Below are positions 1-33,166 of a stretch of DNA of 60,000 nt, one piece after another. Both the position numbers and the translations under genes were made by a program. Source of the DNA: Amphiscolops sp. MND2022 (Eukaryota). The stretch lies in NCBI GenBank assembly GCA_964187785.1, contig OZ076409.1:48300001-48360000 (forward strand), in the 5' to 3' direction. Below the pieces are notes generated by a model. The model did not search any database, had not been told where the DNA came from, and saw only the letters and a program-made list of their open reading frames with translations. Each line of letters begins with the position of its first letter. Positions within the stretch are counted from its first letter, which is position 1.

Positions 1-118
1 CCAAACAGACTGACAACTCCATCAACGACACTTGCGCTAGAGCTGTTGCAACCAAGGACTGACTCCAAACTCGATCAGGCATCTGCAATTGCAGGAGAAA
101 GCACCACGTTGACAGGGT
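1..118 (-). CDS. Possible internal exon of an unidentified gene running off the left edge
   Basis: Minus-strand acceptor ttttgttccag at 119-129, followed by a frame open to the window edge (TLSTWCFLLQLQMPDRVWSQSLVATALAQ...). Other exon-like pieces lie near 2270-2410. No recognisable domain. Confidence 0.25.
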
Positions 119-852
119 CTGGAACAAAAACATAATTCTACATTACAATTGTCAGAGCCCAAAAGAAACCAAAAAGTCCTAAATGAACTCAGGAACTTCA
201 GAAATTTACCTGATTCCTTCGAGTTCGATTATTTCAAAAAATGGAAGTTTTTCATCGAAATTCTCACAACGGCCTTTATTTACTGTTTGTTTCTGTATTT
301 CAGACTTTTTGAACGAATTTCGTAGCTTGAAAAAGTTTGAAATTTCAACCTGTCAAAACAGCTGATTTTGATTTTCCGCTCTCAAAGTAGTTCCCTTGAA
401 AAACAGTTCAAAACTTCAAATCGACAATTTTTTTGATTTTCGAAACCTGACAGTTTTTATAATATTGCGTTTCTTAACAGTTCGTGTGCAAAAAAATTCT
501 ACTGAAAAAAATCCAGTAATACGAATTTGTTTGCCACACTGGCACTTTTATAAATTTGTTTACGTAATTTTATAGCGTCTGTGCTTACAAAATTCGACGC
601 CTTGCCGATGAAAAATTTTTGCGCCTACAAATTTTTGCGGGGAATATGTCTTTAATTTCCTTAATGTTACTCTGAAAACCCGCTCAATTGTAAAGAAATC
701 TTGAAAAATACCTGAAAAATTAGTGACGCAGCATGAAAATTTTGAGCATCAAAACTTCTCCAAGCAACTCCCAAAAACCTAACTAAATATCCTTGCAACC
801 TATAAAAGCATGTAAAACTTTCGAGCACTTTCAACTAGGGTATTGACAAATA

Positions 853-2071
853 CACTATGGTATCAAAAAGCTACGTACACCAACATTTTTTTAAAAAAAA
901 CACAGAACAGAGTAAAATTTGAAACAACTGTTGAAACGAATAATAAATCAATATCCCGTCAAACTACCATGGTTTTTGGTTACCTTCACCAGACGATTCT
1001 CATACGATGAGTACAAGTTGCGAACAACATCAGGGTTTATGTTGTTCCACACTTCCATAACTTTTTCTTCTAAATTCTCCCAGGTAACAATCTGACCTCG
1101 CAAGCTTTGTTTTAAAATGGCCCAAATAGTTTCAATAGGATGCAGGTCAGGACTGTAAGCTGGCCAATCCAGCACCTCCCGTTGCTTTTGGGCCAGAAAA
1201 TTGCGAACAACTTCACTTTTGTGTACTGGGGCGTTGTCTTGCTGGAACCCTAAATCCAGTATATTCAAATGTCGATCGCTTTTTGCGCTTTTTGAGCCTT
1301 AGGTTTGGCGCCGACTTTAGATTTTCTCGTCTTGTATCATTGAGAGCACCATCGAAAGCGCTATTAGTTCACTCTACGAAAGTGATTGATTTGATAAAAT
1401 GTTTTATTTCGTTTTGGGTTTTTCGGCACTTTGAGATTTTTCTCAAGTATTTTTTCTTTCAAAAAATTCCAAATTTTTTCCCATTTTTGGTGGAAAATTG
1501 ACGCTGGATAAAAACCAAGGGGCTTTTTCAACATTCTCGAGCACCAGCGTTTTCTGATCAGTCTTCGTTTTTTTGTTCAAGTTGAATTTTTTTGCGGCTT
1601 TTCTAGAAACAATTTCGTACTTCTTCAGGATTCTTCGAATAGTACATTTAGAAACTGTCTTTGACGTTGAAAAAGAGTTTTGCAGTACTCTTACTCGTTC
1701 TAATGTTGTTTCTGGGTCTTTTTCCACTCTTCGAACTATTAGTCTTTGCTTTTTTTCGCTGAGCTTTTCTGGCCGGCCTGGAGGTTTTTTGCCACATAAG
1801 AGTTCGTTCTCAAAAACGCTGATAAGCTGTTTGGGCTGTCGATCGAGATTTAAGACCCAACTTTTCTTTAATTTCTTTGTATGATAAACCCATTTCGCGA
1901 AGTGTAACGATTTTGCAAACAACGTATGAATCCAAAGGTTTGACCATTTTCAACAATGTTTAATTCAAAAGTGATTGATTTCACTTCCGGTTGAGAATGA
2001 AAATGAAAAGTTCTTCACAAACTGAATGAGATTTATTTTTCAGCTGTACGTCGCTTTTTGCTACCATAGTG
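853..2071 (-). mobile_element. Tc1-family DNA transposon (DD34E) with a disrupted transposase
   Basis: TIRs CACTATGGTATCAAAAAGCTACGTACA (from 853) and TGTACGTCGCTTTTTGCTACCATAGTG (to 2071), each flanked by TA. ORF 948-1268 has QQDNAPVH...WPAYSPDLHPIE with 34 residues between D and E. ORF 1443-1922 has the GRPEKL...TIRRIL HTH region. Confidence 0.92.
1279..1335 (-). mobile_element. Terminal fragment of the Helentron-like family inside the Tc1 transposase
   Basis: gcgctttttgagccttaggtttggcgccgactttagattttctcgtcttgt matches the family terminus at 27027-27077. Confidence 0.7.
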
Positions 2072-4674
2072 TATTTCAAATATTAGAGAGCTCAAACAAT
2101 TTTTAGCTTTCCGTTTCATGGTTCACATACTGAGTTTTGAAAATTTTGAAACTTGAAAAGAGGCCGCATGTATGCCCTGAATGATTTTGATAGTGGGAGT
2201 GTTTAGTTAAAAAAGCAACTAAATGAGCGACCAAATGAGAAAAAAATTCAAACAGAATCTGACCGAAGGACGGACATTGAAAGATTTCAAAGAGACTGTT
2301 GCTTTCCATTGCTCAGGAACACCATGTTTATGCTGCGTAATCATTTCCAAAAAATGATTTGAAAAACAAAAAACCTAACTGCACTCCCTGAATGCATGAA
2401 TGATCCACCTTCGCAATGTTACAATTTTGAAAACAAAATAACTCCAAAACAGAAAAAAGTTTACCACTTTGGGTCTCAGTAATAATTGTGAAAAAATGGC
2501 AATTAAATTTGGCGATGTTGATCTGGTGACTTTAGGGAACGATTTTCTAGATTTAGGAAATGAAATCATTCACAACGAATCATGATGTCCTGATCACTTA
2601 GATTTACAATTGCAACCAAATCCTGAGAAACCAACTTTGGACATACATTTTCAGCGACTTCTCAACGAAGTGGCTTTCTTTTTTGGCTCTTGCTAGGCAA
2701 TTTGAATTAAGAAATGTTGATTGGAAGTTTAATTCATTTCTTCTGTTCTTTTGGTTTTAAGCACCACTTTGAAGAATTGAGTTTTGTAGAAACAATTGGA
2801 TTGACAGTCAGAGTTGAGTCGGAAATTGGAAGGAGATTCTATGACTGATTGAATCAAAACTTTTACAGGCCTTAAGGTTTACACACCCTGCTAGCATCAT
2901 CTATTCATATCAGTATCCCTAAAGGTCCTCAAGATACTAGTCACCTCATGTAATTTCACAACAAATCCATGTGATAATTCGACCTCCGTTGACATTTCGT
3001 CAATTTGCATATTATACCCATAGTTAGACTGATATTGGTCATCACCCATGTCAAATCATTTCATTCCGGCGTCGTAATATTTTTTTCAAGCAGTATGAAG
3101 ATTTCACTTCGTTTCATCAAACCGGAAATGCTTCGTGAATTTTTACCGATACCTCCAGTTTTGCTATTTAAATCGGCGGGAAAACAACGCGGATCTTACG
3201 CTGGTGTGAACAACTATTATTGGAAACTTTGATTTTCACCTTGAAAAAGTATGAACAACCTCTGGACGGAAATTTTGATGATGCTAGAAAAGGAAAGTTT
3301 TACTTCGAAGTTATTTAAGTGAACTACTTAAATGAGCAATAATTACAATAAATGAGCCACGGTCATAACTGATGTTTACAGCTAATTTTGGTTGACGACG
3401 CGTTTTCGTCCAGTATCATATGAACTAGCATTAACAGGTGCAAAGTATCAAGTACTAGCACAACATATTCCAAACTAGCATTTTTGCCGCCTGCTAAATG
3501 CCTTTTCATGGTGTAGAAAACAATGTTTATCAAAAAAAACTAAAAATTGCACTCGGTAAAATGCCATACTAGTGACGTAGCAGCGACGTGTTTTGAAATA
3601 TCTAGCCGCCCTTTGATGGGACCGTGACGTCCCAAGATTTATCAGGGTAGTCACGGTTGTAAAAAGCTCGCGGGCCCACTAATTGTTTACTTAAGATTTT
3701 TAACCGTTCTAAACCACACTAGAACTTTGTAAAACTGCAATTAAGCTGCATTTCTCAGAAAGGTGTAACGCTTTGTTTTTCAAAACTTGAAGTATTTCTC
3801 TTTAGAGCTGACTATGACGTTATTGAGACGACTTAGCGGAAATATGTACTCATATCACTAGTTGTCTGTTTTGATATTTCGATGAACTTAACATTTTTTT
3901 TCGATTAATTTATAGCTTGAAAGTAGAGTTTATTCAGTCTTGTGGAGCAGCCATCTCCTCCTCCGATACCGACGCGTTTGCAACCGCAACCCTGTCCGGG
4001 CGCGGACTGTGACAGAAATAAAGCCTAAATTCACAAGTAATCATTTCGAATTGAAAAAACGGATTTTTTGAATTCCTCCTGTCTTTGTGATGGATCTCTA
4101 ATTTGTTCCAAACCTAAATATTGGTCGTCTTTTCCTAGCCTATCCGCCATTGGACGTTTTGTCACTTTTCCTATTTTTTGACATCTTTGTTATAGTGAGG
4201 TGATACTCAGTTGGCTAGTGGAGACCAAAAAATTGATTTGCTGAGATCCTGACATGTTTTATAATGGATCTCGAAGGTTTTTCAAATTTAATTTCTATCT
4301 ATTTAGACGGCGTTTTTTAGCAGAAAGGGAGCGCGGCTCCTACAGTATTTATTTCCTCTTGTCAGATAACGTATGCGTAGTGGGCACTTCTTAGAGAACA
4401 ACTACTAAACTAATGGACCGGCTAAGTCCGGTCAGCAAAAATCTAAGTTAGTGCAAACGATGCCCTCTTCAATACCTTCATTTTCAGCGTAACATACAAA
4501 ACTGGACGAGACTAAAAGGTGTCCTATTTTAATTTTTTTCCGGCAAGTGTTCAAAAGTTTCATTTTTTTGATAATTTGCCTCAAATTTGATATTTAACAA
4601 GACGCCCGCTAAGCACCCGGATATTTGCCGCCCTGTCCGCCTTCACCAATTGAGTCATAGCTATTTTGGGAGGG

Positions 4675-4790
4675 TGGAATAGGATCCAAAGAATAAGATC
4701 TAAAACTTAGTGATTTTAGATCTTATTCCTTTAGATATTATTCCCGTCCTGAAACTCTAGATCTTGTTCCCATTAGATCTTGTTCCCATT
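4675..4790. repeat. Cluster of short inverted and direct repeats (GGAATAAGATCT / AGATCTTATTCC), probable MITE remnant
   Basis: gaataagatctaaaa ... ttttagatcttattcc, followed by two tagatcttgttccc copies. Confidence 0.4.
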
Positions 4791-4798
4791 TTTACTTT

Positions 4799-4805
<7 letters not shown>

Positions 4806-4846
<41 letters not shown>
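4806..4846. repeat. (GA)n microsatellite
   Basis: About 20 perfect GA repeats. Confidence 0.95.
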
Positions 4847-4849
<3 letters not shown>

Positions 4850-5586
4850 CTTGAATTATGTTCATCAAGTCAAGTAATAGTCAAGTAATCAAAAGGTGGA
4901 GATTGTGGAGATTGTGGAGATTTGGCAAAATACGGGAACAGAACGCACCACAGATCCCAATTTTCCTCCCCCATTTGTAAAATGTGGGGTCGAAAAATAA
5001 AAAGCACAAAGGGCCCCTCTTTTACATTTTTGGCACTACGAGACGGTTCAAAAGTCTCATTTTTTGTCTGGAATTAAATTTTCTCGATATATCTCCACCA
5101 AAAATTTATTTCTAATACTATCGGAAGTTTTGACGTTATATACGACCTAAGTTGCGTTTCACTAAAGAGGAGGTCGAGGATCGGAAAAGCACTTCCATGC
5201 GGCCCAGCACGCTATATCCGAACGTTTGAAGCGTTTTCCGTGCCAGAGAGGCACCCGTTGGGTGTTCAAAATTTTTTGTGAGTTTATAAAAACGTCCTGA
5301 GCATATTTTCAAACTTTGCTTTTTAGCCTTAAATGAATTAGCCTTAAAGGCCGACTTGAAACGTTCCCGTTTGTCTCTTTTAAAGGTTCTCCACTGCACA
5401 TGCTCGTTGATAACCTTTTCACAGTCGCCTATTTGGTGTGTCCAGACAATATTCCGGAAAAAAGCAGTTGCCTATGTTTCTGATGATGTTTCTGATGTTG
5501 ATTTCAAGGATTTCGGAATATAAAAATCCATCAGGACAGTGGGTAGATGCCAATCCGTACTTGACAAACGGTGTTTTCATCAATCT

Positions 5587-5750
5587 CCACCGGTGACCAC
5601 TGGTGGAACTTTCGGTGACTACCGGTAGAATTATGGTGGACCACAGCTGGCCACCGCCAAAGCAGAGGATGCCACCTCAGTGATCCACCGGTGGGACTTG
5701 AGTGGATCACCGGTGACCACCGGTGTACTGCGATTGGTTGCAAACACGGG
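5587..5750. repeat. GC-rich CCACCGGTG(G/A) palindromic minisatellite, likely transposon-internal
   Basis: Repeated ccaccggtg / ccactggtgg / ctaccggtag palindromes. Confidence 0.5.
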
Positions 5751-6504
5751 CATAGTATTTGAAAGTCGTGCTGAATAAAGTTGTGATACTTTGTCTAAAA
5801 GAACTTTCAGTCCTACAGTTCTATTAATATCTCAGATTACGCAGAAATATTGTAAGTATTGAGTGAGTTCACGTAGTCTTGAGTGGACAAGAAAAAATAA
5901 CTTAAGAGAATACGACGACAAGGATTTCATGTGGATAATTTACGTTACATCAGAAGGTATATTTGTGTTTACAATGTCAGTAGGTTTCAAGCACATGCAC
6001 ATGAATATACGGGATTGAATTTTTCATTGAATTAAAAACAGAAGTGAAGAGTAGAAAAAAGAAGCAGTCTGAAACAAAAGCTTCTGCTACTATTGTTTTT
6101 AGTCTCGCGTTAAATTTCGGTCTGTAGGGCATTGGGCATCTGGCGATCAACGATTTCTGTGAAGTCTGTTTTCTGTCTATCAACTCAGTGTTGAAAATTT
6201 CAGTTGAGTAGTGCTTGTCAAGTCGTGCATCGAAGAGGTTGACAGGCTGCAGGCCTTGAAGTGACTGTTTTAGAATACAACAAGCCTTTAGCGGCATCAA
6301 AAAAAGTCGTGAAAAGTCTCAATGTCAAAAAACCAGTAAAACTAAACCTTCTATGTTGTCTAGAAACGAAAAAAGCTTCAAAAACTACGGAACCCAAAGG
6401 TGGCACCTTTTGAAAGCACCCGAGTATGCTTTCTAGTAAGATAAAAAGGCCCATAGGAATTCGTTAAAAAGTGGACCTTTCAATTTGAGGTCGGTGGTCT
6501 AGAG

Positions 6505-7401
6505 AACAAGCCGGGACCGGCCCAAGTCGGCGCCATAAATAGCAAAAGGACTTCCAAGTGTAAATTTACAGTACTCGAAAATAGAAAAACCAAAAAAGTG
6601 GACCGAGTGGCGCGCCGGGGCAGCTAACGCGAGCCCCTGGCGCACTAAAAGGGGGGGACACTTCTGGATTTGTCAACATTTTTATCGCAGTTAAAGGGGG
6701 AACCTTTGGTAAAAAAACAAATCTTTGAAAAAAAGTCCCACAATGCCGAAAAACAGAAAGAGGACCCTTTCAGGATTTTAAAACACCCATTCTGTTGTAA
6801 CATATCAAAGAAATTGAAGGAGGGACCCTTTAGAGAGAAAAATACATTCTAGAAAAAAAATCTCACAATGCCGAAAAACTGAAAGGGGTGACCCTTTGGG
6901 GTTTTTCAACATGCATTCTGTCGCAAAACATCAAAAAATTGAAGGGGGAAAATTTTGTATTTTCGGAAAAAAGTTTCACAATGCCGAAAAAAAACTGAAA
7001 GGGGGGACCCTTTAGTATTTTTACACATCCATTCTGTTGCAAAACAGCAAAAAAAAGTGCAGGGGGGACCCTTTTGGGGAAAAAAATTTTCTGGAAAAAA
7101 GTCTTGCAGTGTCGAAAAAAATTGAAAGGGGGACCCTTTGCTCTCGCCCGGTATGGTATGTTACGCGGGAAAACAAGAAAAACCTTTTTGGTTAAGTTTG
7201 CTAGGCCAAATAGTGCAATTTGCTGCAATAATATTTTGTAGAACTTTCAAGAACTATTTTGGTCAGTTCGCGTGGATTGAAAAAAAAAAGAAAAAAGTCA
7301 ATATAATAGTCGCGTTTCACTTCATGAAGCGCCGATTAAAAAAAAAGTAGTCACTGTAAGATTCGGGCATTTTTTGTTTCCCAAAGCGCGCCGACTAAAA
7401 A
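6505..7401 (+). mobile_element. Non-autonomous Helentron/DINE-1-like element with internal AAAGGGGGACCCTTT tandem repeats
   Basis: Starts with AACAAG, hairpin GCCGGGACCGGC and AGTCGGCGC. Ends in GCGCCGA(T/C)TAAAA, present twice at ~7329 and ~7388. Central degenerate repeats. Confidence 0.75.
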
Positions 7402-7419
7402 TGAGACATATTCAAGAGA

Positions 7420-7700
7420 TTTTGGTTGGCGCCGTTTCCCTTTAGAAAAAACGCCCAACTATTTTAAGTGGGTAGTTTTCTTCAATTCCGCCCACTTTTT
7501 TGTTCACTTGTTCAACTTTTTAGCCGAGATGTTTTAGTTCGGATGTAACGTATTCAAAGTTAAAGTTCGGATGTACCGTTTCCAAAGTTCAGATACAACG
7601 TTTTCAATGTTCGGATATATTGTTTTCAAAATTCGGATATAACGTTTTGGAAGTTCGGATATATTGTTTCAAAGTTCCCGGGTTGGATGAACGTTATTTC
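7420..7700 (-). mobile_element. Partial Helentron-like element with ~20-bp GTTCGGATATAACGTTTTCAA tandem repeats
   Basis: Degenerate family end at 7420-7465 and about seven ~20-bp repeats at 7537-7680. It is the reverse-complement counterpart of 31395-31580. Confidence 0.65.
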
Positions 7701-8599
7701 AACGCGAGTCTTTTTTGCAAACTTTTCTCCAGATAATCGCATAATTTCCTCTTGAAAATATTCGAAATTTCGCACCTCTTAACATTGATTAGTAATATTA
7801 CCGTCTTTGGATGAAACGTTTTTAATGAGGAACACGCCGAGAACAGCATAAATAGACGCCCCACTTAGCCGATCAAAATGAGCAAGAACAGAAAAGTGTC
7901 GAGGATTCTCTCGACTAAATTCTCAATTCCACAGTACGAAAAACACAAATGGGGCCCTGAAAATCTTTTTTGGTTTTTATTCCACCAGAAATATGATGAA
8001 AAAAAACTTTTTGCCTTTTTCTTATTAGAAACATCAATTACATTCGATATAACGTCAAAAATTTATATCAAGCCTTTGTTTTTGATTTTGGAAGGAAACG
8101 AAAAATCGAAGCTGATAATATTCGAACTTTCGACTCTACGTTAGTAAAACACAAGCCTAATTGTTGTGATAAACTTCTTAAATAGCCTCTGCAAGTGAAC
8201 GCATTCGCTATTCAATAGGTTCTGCTTCAGATCAGAGTTTGGTGGACTGGCTGTTATCAAAGACTATTGGGTAGCTCTTACAGAGATTTTAGAGACAGGC
8301 TTGGCAAGTGATTCACGAACTAGCAGGTGGAGATCCCGGAAAATGAAACTTTGACCCCAATCAAAACTGGAACATATGTTACATGTGGTAGGTGCCAGTT
8401 CTCTGTTCAAAGCGGTGAAAACCCTTGCACATAATGTAATGCAAGTAAATCCAATCAAAAGTAACTGTAATACCTTGTCTGAGTCTGAATTCTTTATCGA
8501 AGAATTCTCTTAAACAATCTCTCGTATTCTCGTATCTATTGACGAAAGGTCAACTCTCAAAACAATGTAAACTTATATTGTGGCATGAACTCTTGAACA

Positions 8600-11500
8600 A
8601 TACAAGTTCTGCACACCCGAAGCAAAAAAGCCGGCGTTGAACATCCCAAGACTTGATGAGGTTCTGAACCGTATCAAACATAAACTGAGTGCAATCACTT
8701 ACAGCTGCCATATTAGTAGTGCTGACATCTACAAAGAGCTGAAAGCACGCGGAGTCACAGTTATTAGCGTGACGAAAGACCTTCATTCGAAGAGAAAACA
8801 GAACGACAGTAACTTGAAGCTGAAACTTTCCGCTTTACGTCCAGAGAGTAAATTGGAGCAGAAGTCATTGAATAAAATACTGAAACCTTATAATAACTTG
8901 AAAGACTTGAGAAAGAACACGCGCTCCAGGGAGAACAGGCCACCCCCAGAAGAAGAGGAAGGCAAGACAGCGAAAATAGGTTAGTAGTTCACACTTTGTT
9001 TTTCAAATAATTGGAAACCAACAAATCTCCCGAATTTCTGAAAGAAAAGGTTGACCAACTGCTGCAAGATACAAGAATTGTTCCGGAGACGGAGGAACGA
9101 GACCGCGATCAAAATGAACCAGAGTGGCAGAGGGTTTGACTGAGTGTAGGCTTGAATTCATCAAGCAGTATAACCGCCGAGACTGTCTTCGTCTCCTTGG
9201 ACTCGAAGAACGCGGCGACGAGGACTGTACCGATGTTATTGTCAAAACATCACGAGCTATGGGTGCAGCGATTAACCCTGTCGACATATCAATTAGTCAT
9301 ATGCTTCATCCCCAGAGTAGAAGACCCAACAAGCTGCGACCCATCATTGTCAAGTTTACTAAAAGAAGCACTATAAATTATATCTTCACGTCCAAACACC
9401 ACGTGAAACATTGCCAATATCATTATAATGTCTTTATCAGAGAACAGCTCACGAAAGAAAGAGCCAGAGCTCTCTGTCTTCTCACAAAAGGTGATTATCT
9501 CATCACCACGAAGGAATGCCGATTGATCTTTAGGAAGCATCAATTATATGGTACTGTCAGCTCTCTAGATGAACTCAACACAAAGATGGGATGGGATGTG
9601 TCGAAGTTGAAGTCACTTTTCAATAAATAGCAACCAGTCACCCACGAAAAAAGCAACAGTCTAACAAGTATCACTGCAATTTTATCAGCGTGCTAACTTT
9701 GAACTTTAAAGGAATTGTTTCTAAAAAAAGGCTGAGTGAGATCCAAATTATGAATATTAACCATGACGTAGTACGACTCACTGGAACGATCTCTAATGTT
9801 TTCTCAATTAAAAAATATCAAAGTCATGAAATTTGTACAGCGAAGATAAACTTTTTACTGAAAGATTGCCGAGGTCTAGCTTTTTTCGTGAGGAAGTCTT
9901 TGGACTTTGATTTCACAGAAACCGACATTGGTCATTGGCTCAAAACAAGAGGTGATATAATTGATTATGCTTTAGGACTATACTATGTACCATGCGAGAG
10001 CTCGAGACATTGGGATAAGAATATTTTTGATGATATCCAAGAGGACATTGCTTGTTTCAAGAGACAAAGTTGTCGCATTTTGCTGATGGGGACTTCAATG
10101 CTCGTACAGGATAGCTCGACGACTACGTCGAACTAGATGAAGGGGTAAGTGAGGTCCCAAGAAGAACTAATCGCGATGAAAAAGTTAATACGAATGGACG
10201 AATGCTGATAGACTTGTGTAAAACCACGGATATGAGTATACTCAATGGTATGACGGGGAAAGATGAGAGAAGAGGAGAATTTACTTGTATAACACATAAT
10301 GGCAAAACTACAATCGACTATTTCATGATAGACTCGTCGGGCGCTTTGCAAGTACAAGATCTTGAAGTTTTGTAGTTCGAGCGATGTCTTTCTGGTGTGC
10401 ACTGCCCGGTCAAAATAAACATAGTGAACCCCATAGCAGACATATACAATCCGAATTCTCTAAGAGAAAATTTTCAAAAAATAGAATATTGATATTCAGT
10501 CGAAATATCAACAGGAACGGGAACTCGAAAAACTGGCTAGAGTGTGCGCTCTCACCAATAATATACCACCAGATGCAGAAGTTATTAACCATTTTAACAC
10601 TACTCTGGAGAACGCAATTCAGGAAAATGGCGTTAAGTCCGGGTTATTAGTGTTTTATGTGCCTCGAGGGACAAAAAGTAAAGCTAGGCAAAAATATTGG
10701 TTCGATCAATCTTGTAGAAGCCAAAGATCGGTATACAGAGAACGACTAAGTCAAGCCAAGAGGCAAGAAAACGAAGCCAAAAGAGAAACTGTTTTCAGCA
10801 TTTATAGACAGTTTTTACGCTCCAAAAAGACAGCTTCCGATGAGAAATTAAATAGTAATCTTCAAAACGCAAAAGTACAAGATCCTCATTAAGAAGTACT
10901 GGGCGCTTCTTCTGAAAAGCATGACTTATTCGGAACGTACATTAGGAGCAAGTGCGGAAGCTTTATTGAGCACTTTAAAAAATTGAAAAATTTTGAGAGT
11001 ACTAATGGAACAGAAATTGGATCTCATTCAGAATCGACTACAGCATATGAGACTTTAAAAGACTCTTTCCGTTTCGAGGAAATTAAAAAAATGCATAAAC
11101 AAATTCAAATGTGGTAAATCTGCTGGTCTTGATAATATTTTCCCAGAGTGTTTTGAAATATGCACCTGAGCTGCTCCTATATTCCATTGTTGAGTTTTTC
11201 AATAAAATTCTGAAAACTGGAGTTGTCCCAGGCGAATGGGCTGTCCCTTACTACTGTCCCATCTTTAAAAAAGGAAATACAAAAGACCCGAGCAACTGCA
11301 TAGGCATCTCTATAGCAAGCAGTCCGTGTAAACTATTTACCGCTCTCTTGACAGTAGGCTTATCCTGGATGCAGAGCAGGCTGGCTTCCATAAGAATTCC
11401 AGCTGTATATACTATGCTTTTGTAATATACTCGATTGTTTCACCTTACCTGGCACAGAATTGAAAACTTTTTGTCACTTTCATTGACTACGAAAAATCTT

Positions 11501-12537
11501 TTGATAGAGTAAACCACTCAATACTGTGACAGACTGTGGCAGAAACTAGCTGCGATTGACGTTAACGGCAGTGTGCTTCGAGTGGTCAGAAACCTATACG
11601 AAAAACGAATACGTGTGTCAGAGTGAATGGGGTTTTCACAGATGTATTTGACTGTGTGGTAGGGGTGAGACAGGGTAACTCACTGTAACCGCTGCTCTTT
11701 TTTATCTTCCAGAATGACTTCAAAAATTATCTACGAAACCAGTCTGCTGGTGCGATTTTGAGTACCTTGAGACAATTCGATATTGATGACCAATAAGAAA
11801 CAAGGACTCTACTGCAACGGTTCGTACTTTTGTACGCCGATGATACTGTACTCCTCAGCCAAAGTGCGAGTGATATGCAGAAAGCGCTTGATGCAACAGT
11901 CAGGTATTGTGAATTAAATAGGATGTCATTAAACATAGAAAAAACTGAGTCTATGATTTTTTCTCGAGGTAAGGTGAAGAAAGTTGAGAATACAACAATT
12001 TATGATACTCCTATTAAACGGGTTGTTAGCTTTTGTTACCTAGGCATTGTATTTAGGTATAATAATACCTTTCAAAATTCGATCCAACACAACATCAACA
12101 AAGTAAGGAAAGCAGTGTTTAAAATCAGTGTTTTACTGAGCGAATTTAACCTTGCTCTTAAAACGAGGATAAATCTTTGATACGATGATCCTTCCTATTT
12201 TATTATATGGTTGTGAACTGTGGGGTTTTGAATAGTATGCCCCTTTTGTGGTTTTTGTAACCCAGATGAATATCATGTTATTAACCTGTAATTAACTTAG
12301 CGAAAAGAGACAAGAGTTCCTGCCGGAATTGTCATATAGGTATCCGAATGTCATAAAATTTGACCAGCTGATGAATTCCACCAAAAATACTCTAACTAAA
12401 AAACTTCGCCTCCTAGTGCTAATCTATCCGTACCCTCTGTTGTGCTAAATTTGGCTTGTGAAAACCAAACCATTTTGTAATTTGCACGCGCCCGGGCAAC
12501 AAATGATTAATTCAACTTATTCTGTTCTATTCTATTC
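8600..12537 (+). mobile_element. Decayed non-LTR retrotransposon (LINE, CR1/L2/RTE-X-like: ORF1 plus APE-RT ORF2)
   Basis: ORF1-like 9124-9630 (QYNRRDCLRLLGL...RPIIVKF...VFIREQLT). APE motifs LLMGDFNARTG and GEFTC...GKTTIDYF across frameshifts. RT motifs PIFKKG..DPSN, FIDYEKSFDRV, GVRQG and YADDTVLL. (ATTCT)n-like tail at ~12518-12537. Many stops and frameshifts. Confidence 0.88.
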
Positions 12538-13995
12538 GAATATAGTGTCAAAACTTTGTGTATACCCCAATATTGTGCTCATATCCGAAAAGACAATAGT
12601 TATAGTTCAGTTCACTGGGCTAATTGCAAATGGTATATTTCAGGATGTTTTTGAACTTTTGCAAAACTCTTTTGGTTAGTTGGTGTGAAGTGAATTTTTC
12701 TTCAAAATAAAACGAAAAGCCACCAATCGCCTTTTATTTACAAAAAGCGCTGACTAAAATCGTGCTTCATCTGACTTATTGACGTTAAGTAATAACCTTT
12801 AACTTGACAGAAGCATGGTAGTTTTTGATTCGCCCGAGTTATGATTTATAAAGAAACTGTTCAATAATGATTGAAAATTAATAATTTATCGAAGATATTA
12901 CAATGAGAATTACAAAATTTAAATGCTGTGATTGAATATACCAATTTGTTAATATGGAATCACAATTTTTGCAATTATATTCTCCCGAGATTTTAACTAT
13001 ATAAATACTAAATACAAATTTTTCGAATGAACGTTAACACTGTGGTAAATTCGAGTATAACCATCTTTCCCAATGCATCGAAAATGTTTTTAGCCACGCA
13101 AGTTATTTTTCTCAAATCTCAATCTGAGCTCTGGGGAAGATTGGTAGGAAACGAAGGTACCTGTATTCGCCTATTTTTGGCACTGGGAGACAGAAAATTG
13201 TCGTTTTGGCAACTTTTCCTTCAACCACTGCTCTAGAGAACATGCAATACTTTCAACACTGTTCTCATGTGATGTCTTTCTACACTTTCAAACCATTAAG
13301 ACAGCAAAATGTTTGCATACTCTTCGTCGGGTTTCTTTCGAAATGTTTCTACTATCACTATAGTACCATGCAATCATGACGTGCAGAGGATTTATTCAAT
13401 AATTGTGTCAAATCCTTCTGGCTTGGTCCAAATTCGTGTTCAATAGAATAAAAAGCTAACGACTGGCAGGGGGCACTTCCGTTTTTTGCAGAATCTTCGT
13501 CGCAGTGAACAATTTCTAATCGACCGAGCAAGTCATCAGTGGACCATGTTCCAAACTTGTATTGGTAGCCTACTCACCATGCTATTGCAGGATTTAGTGC
13601 ATTCAGATACACATTCAATTCTGTTCTCGTAATGTAGATATTTTCGAATGATAGGAAAGATTCATGTCACCACTTCGCATAAGTTTAGAACAATGAAATT
13701 AGAACAAGCGGTTTGTGTAGGAACGGATAGTCGTCTCTTCGCACCTTTTTTTGCCAAAAAACGGGGTTGATAAACTTTCGCCTGAAATTACTGACGTTGT
13801 TACGCCTTCGACTTAGTGGAAAGAGTGGTTTGGAATTAGGTGTACGTCGGTTTGATTCCCCATTCAGTTTTTCTAATGGGATAGTTTTGAGACGTTTGAG
13901 CTTCGTATGTGCACTAAAATAGCAATTACTTGAGATTCCTGAAATGCTGACATTCAAGAATCCATTATCACCAGTAAAAACGCAAATTTATAAGT

Positions 13996-14001
13996 TTTAT
14001 T
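13996..14001 (-). promoter_or_regulatory. Candidate polyadenylation signal of U2SURP
   Basis: AATAAA on the minus strand ~100 nt downstream of the stop codon at 14098. Confidence 0.4.
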
Positions 14002-14097
14002 GATACCTAGACCGAACAGATTTGAAATAAAATACAAATGACAAAAAGATGAGCACATTTTGAATACTTGAAAATAGATCAATCAGTGTTTCGAATA

Positions 14098-33166
<19,069 letters not shown>

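Noticed and set aside
7537..7680. Regularly spaced short repeats resembling a CRISPR array (also the gggaccc repeats at 6650-7140)
   Set aside because: They are degenerate tandem repeats without unique spacers, internal to a dispersed eukaryotic TE, with no cas genes.
13000..13950. Possible decayed LINE endonuclease on the minus strand
   Set aside because: Only faint motif hints (LLGD-like, LTQL) without a continuous frame.
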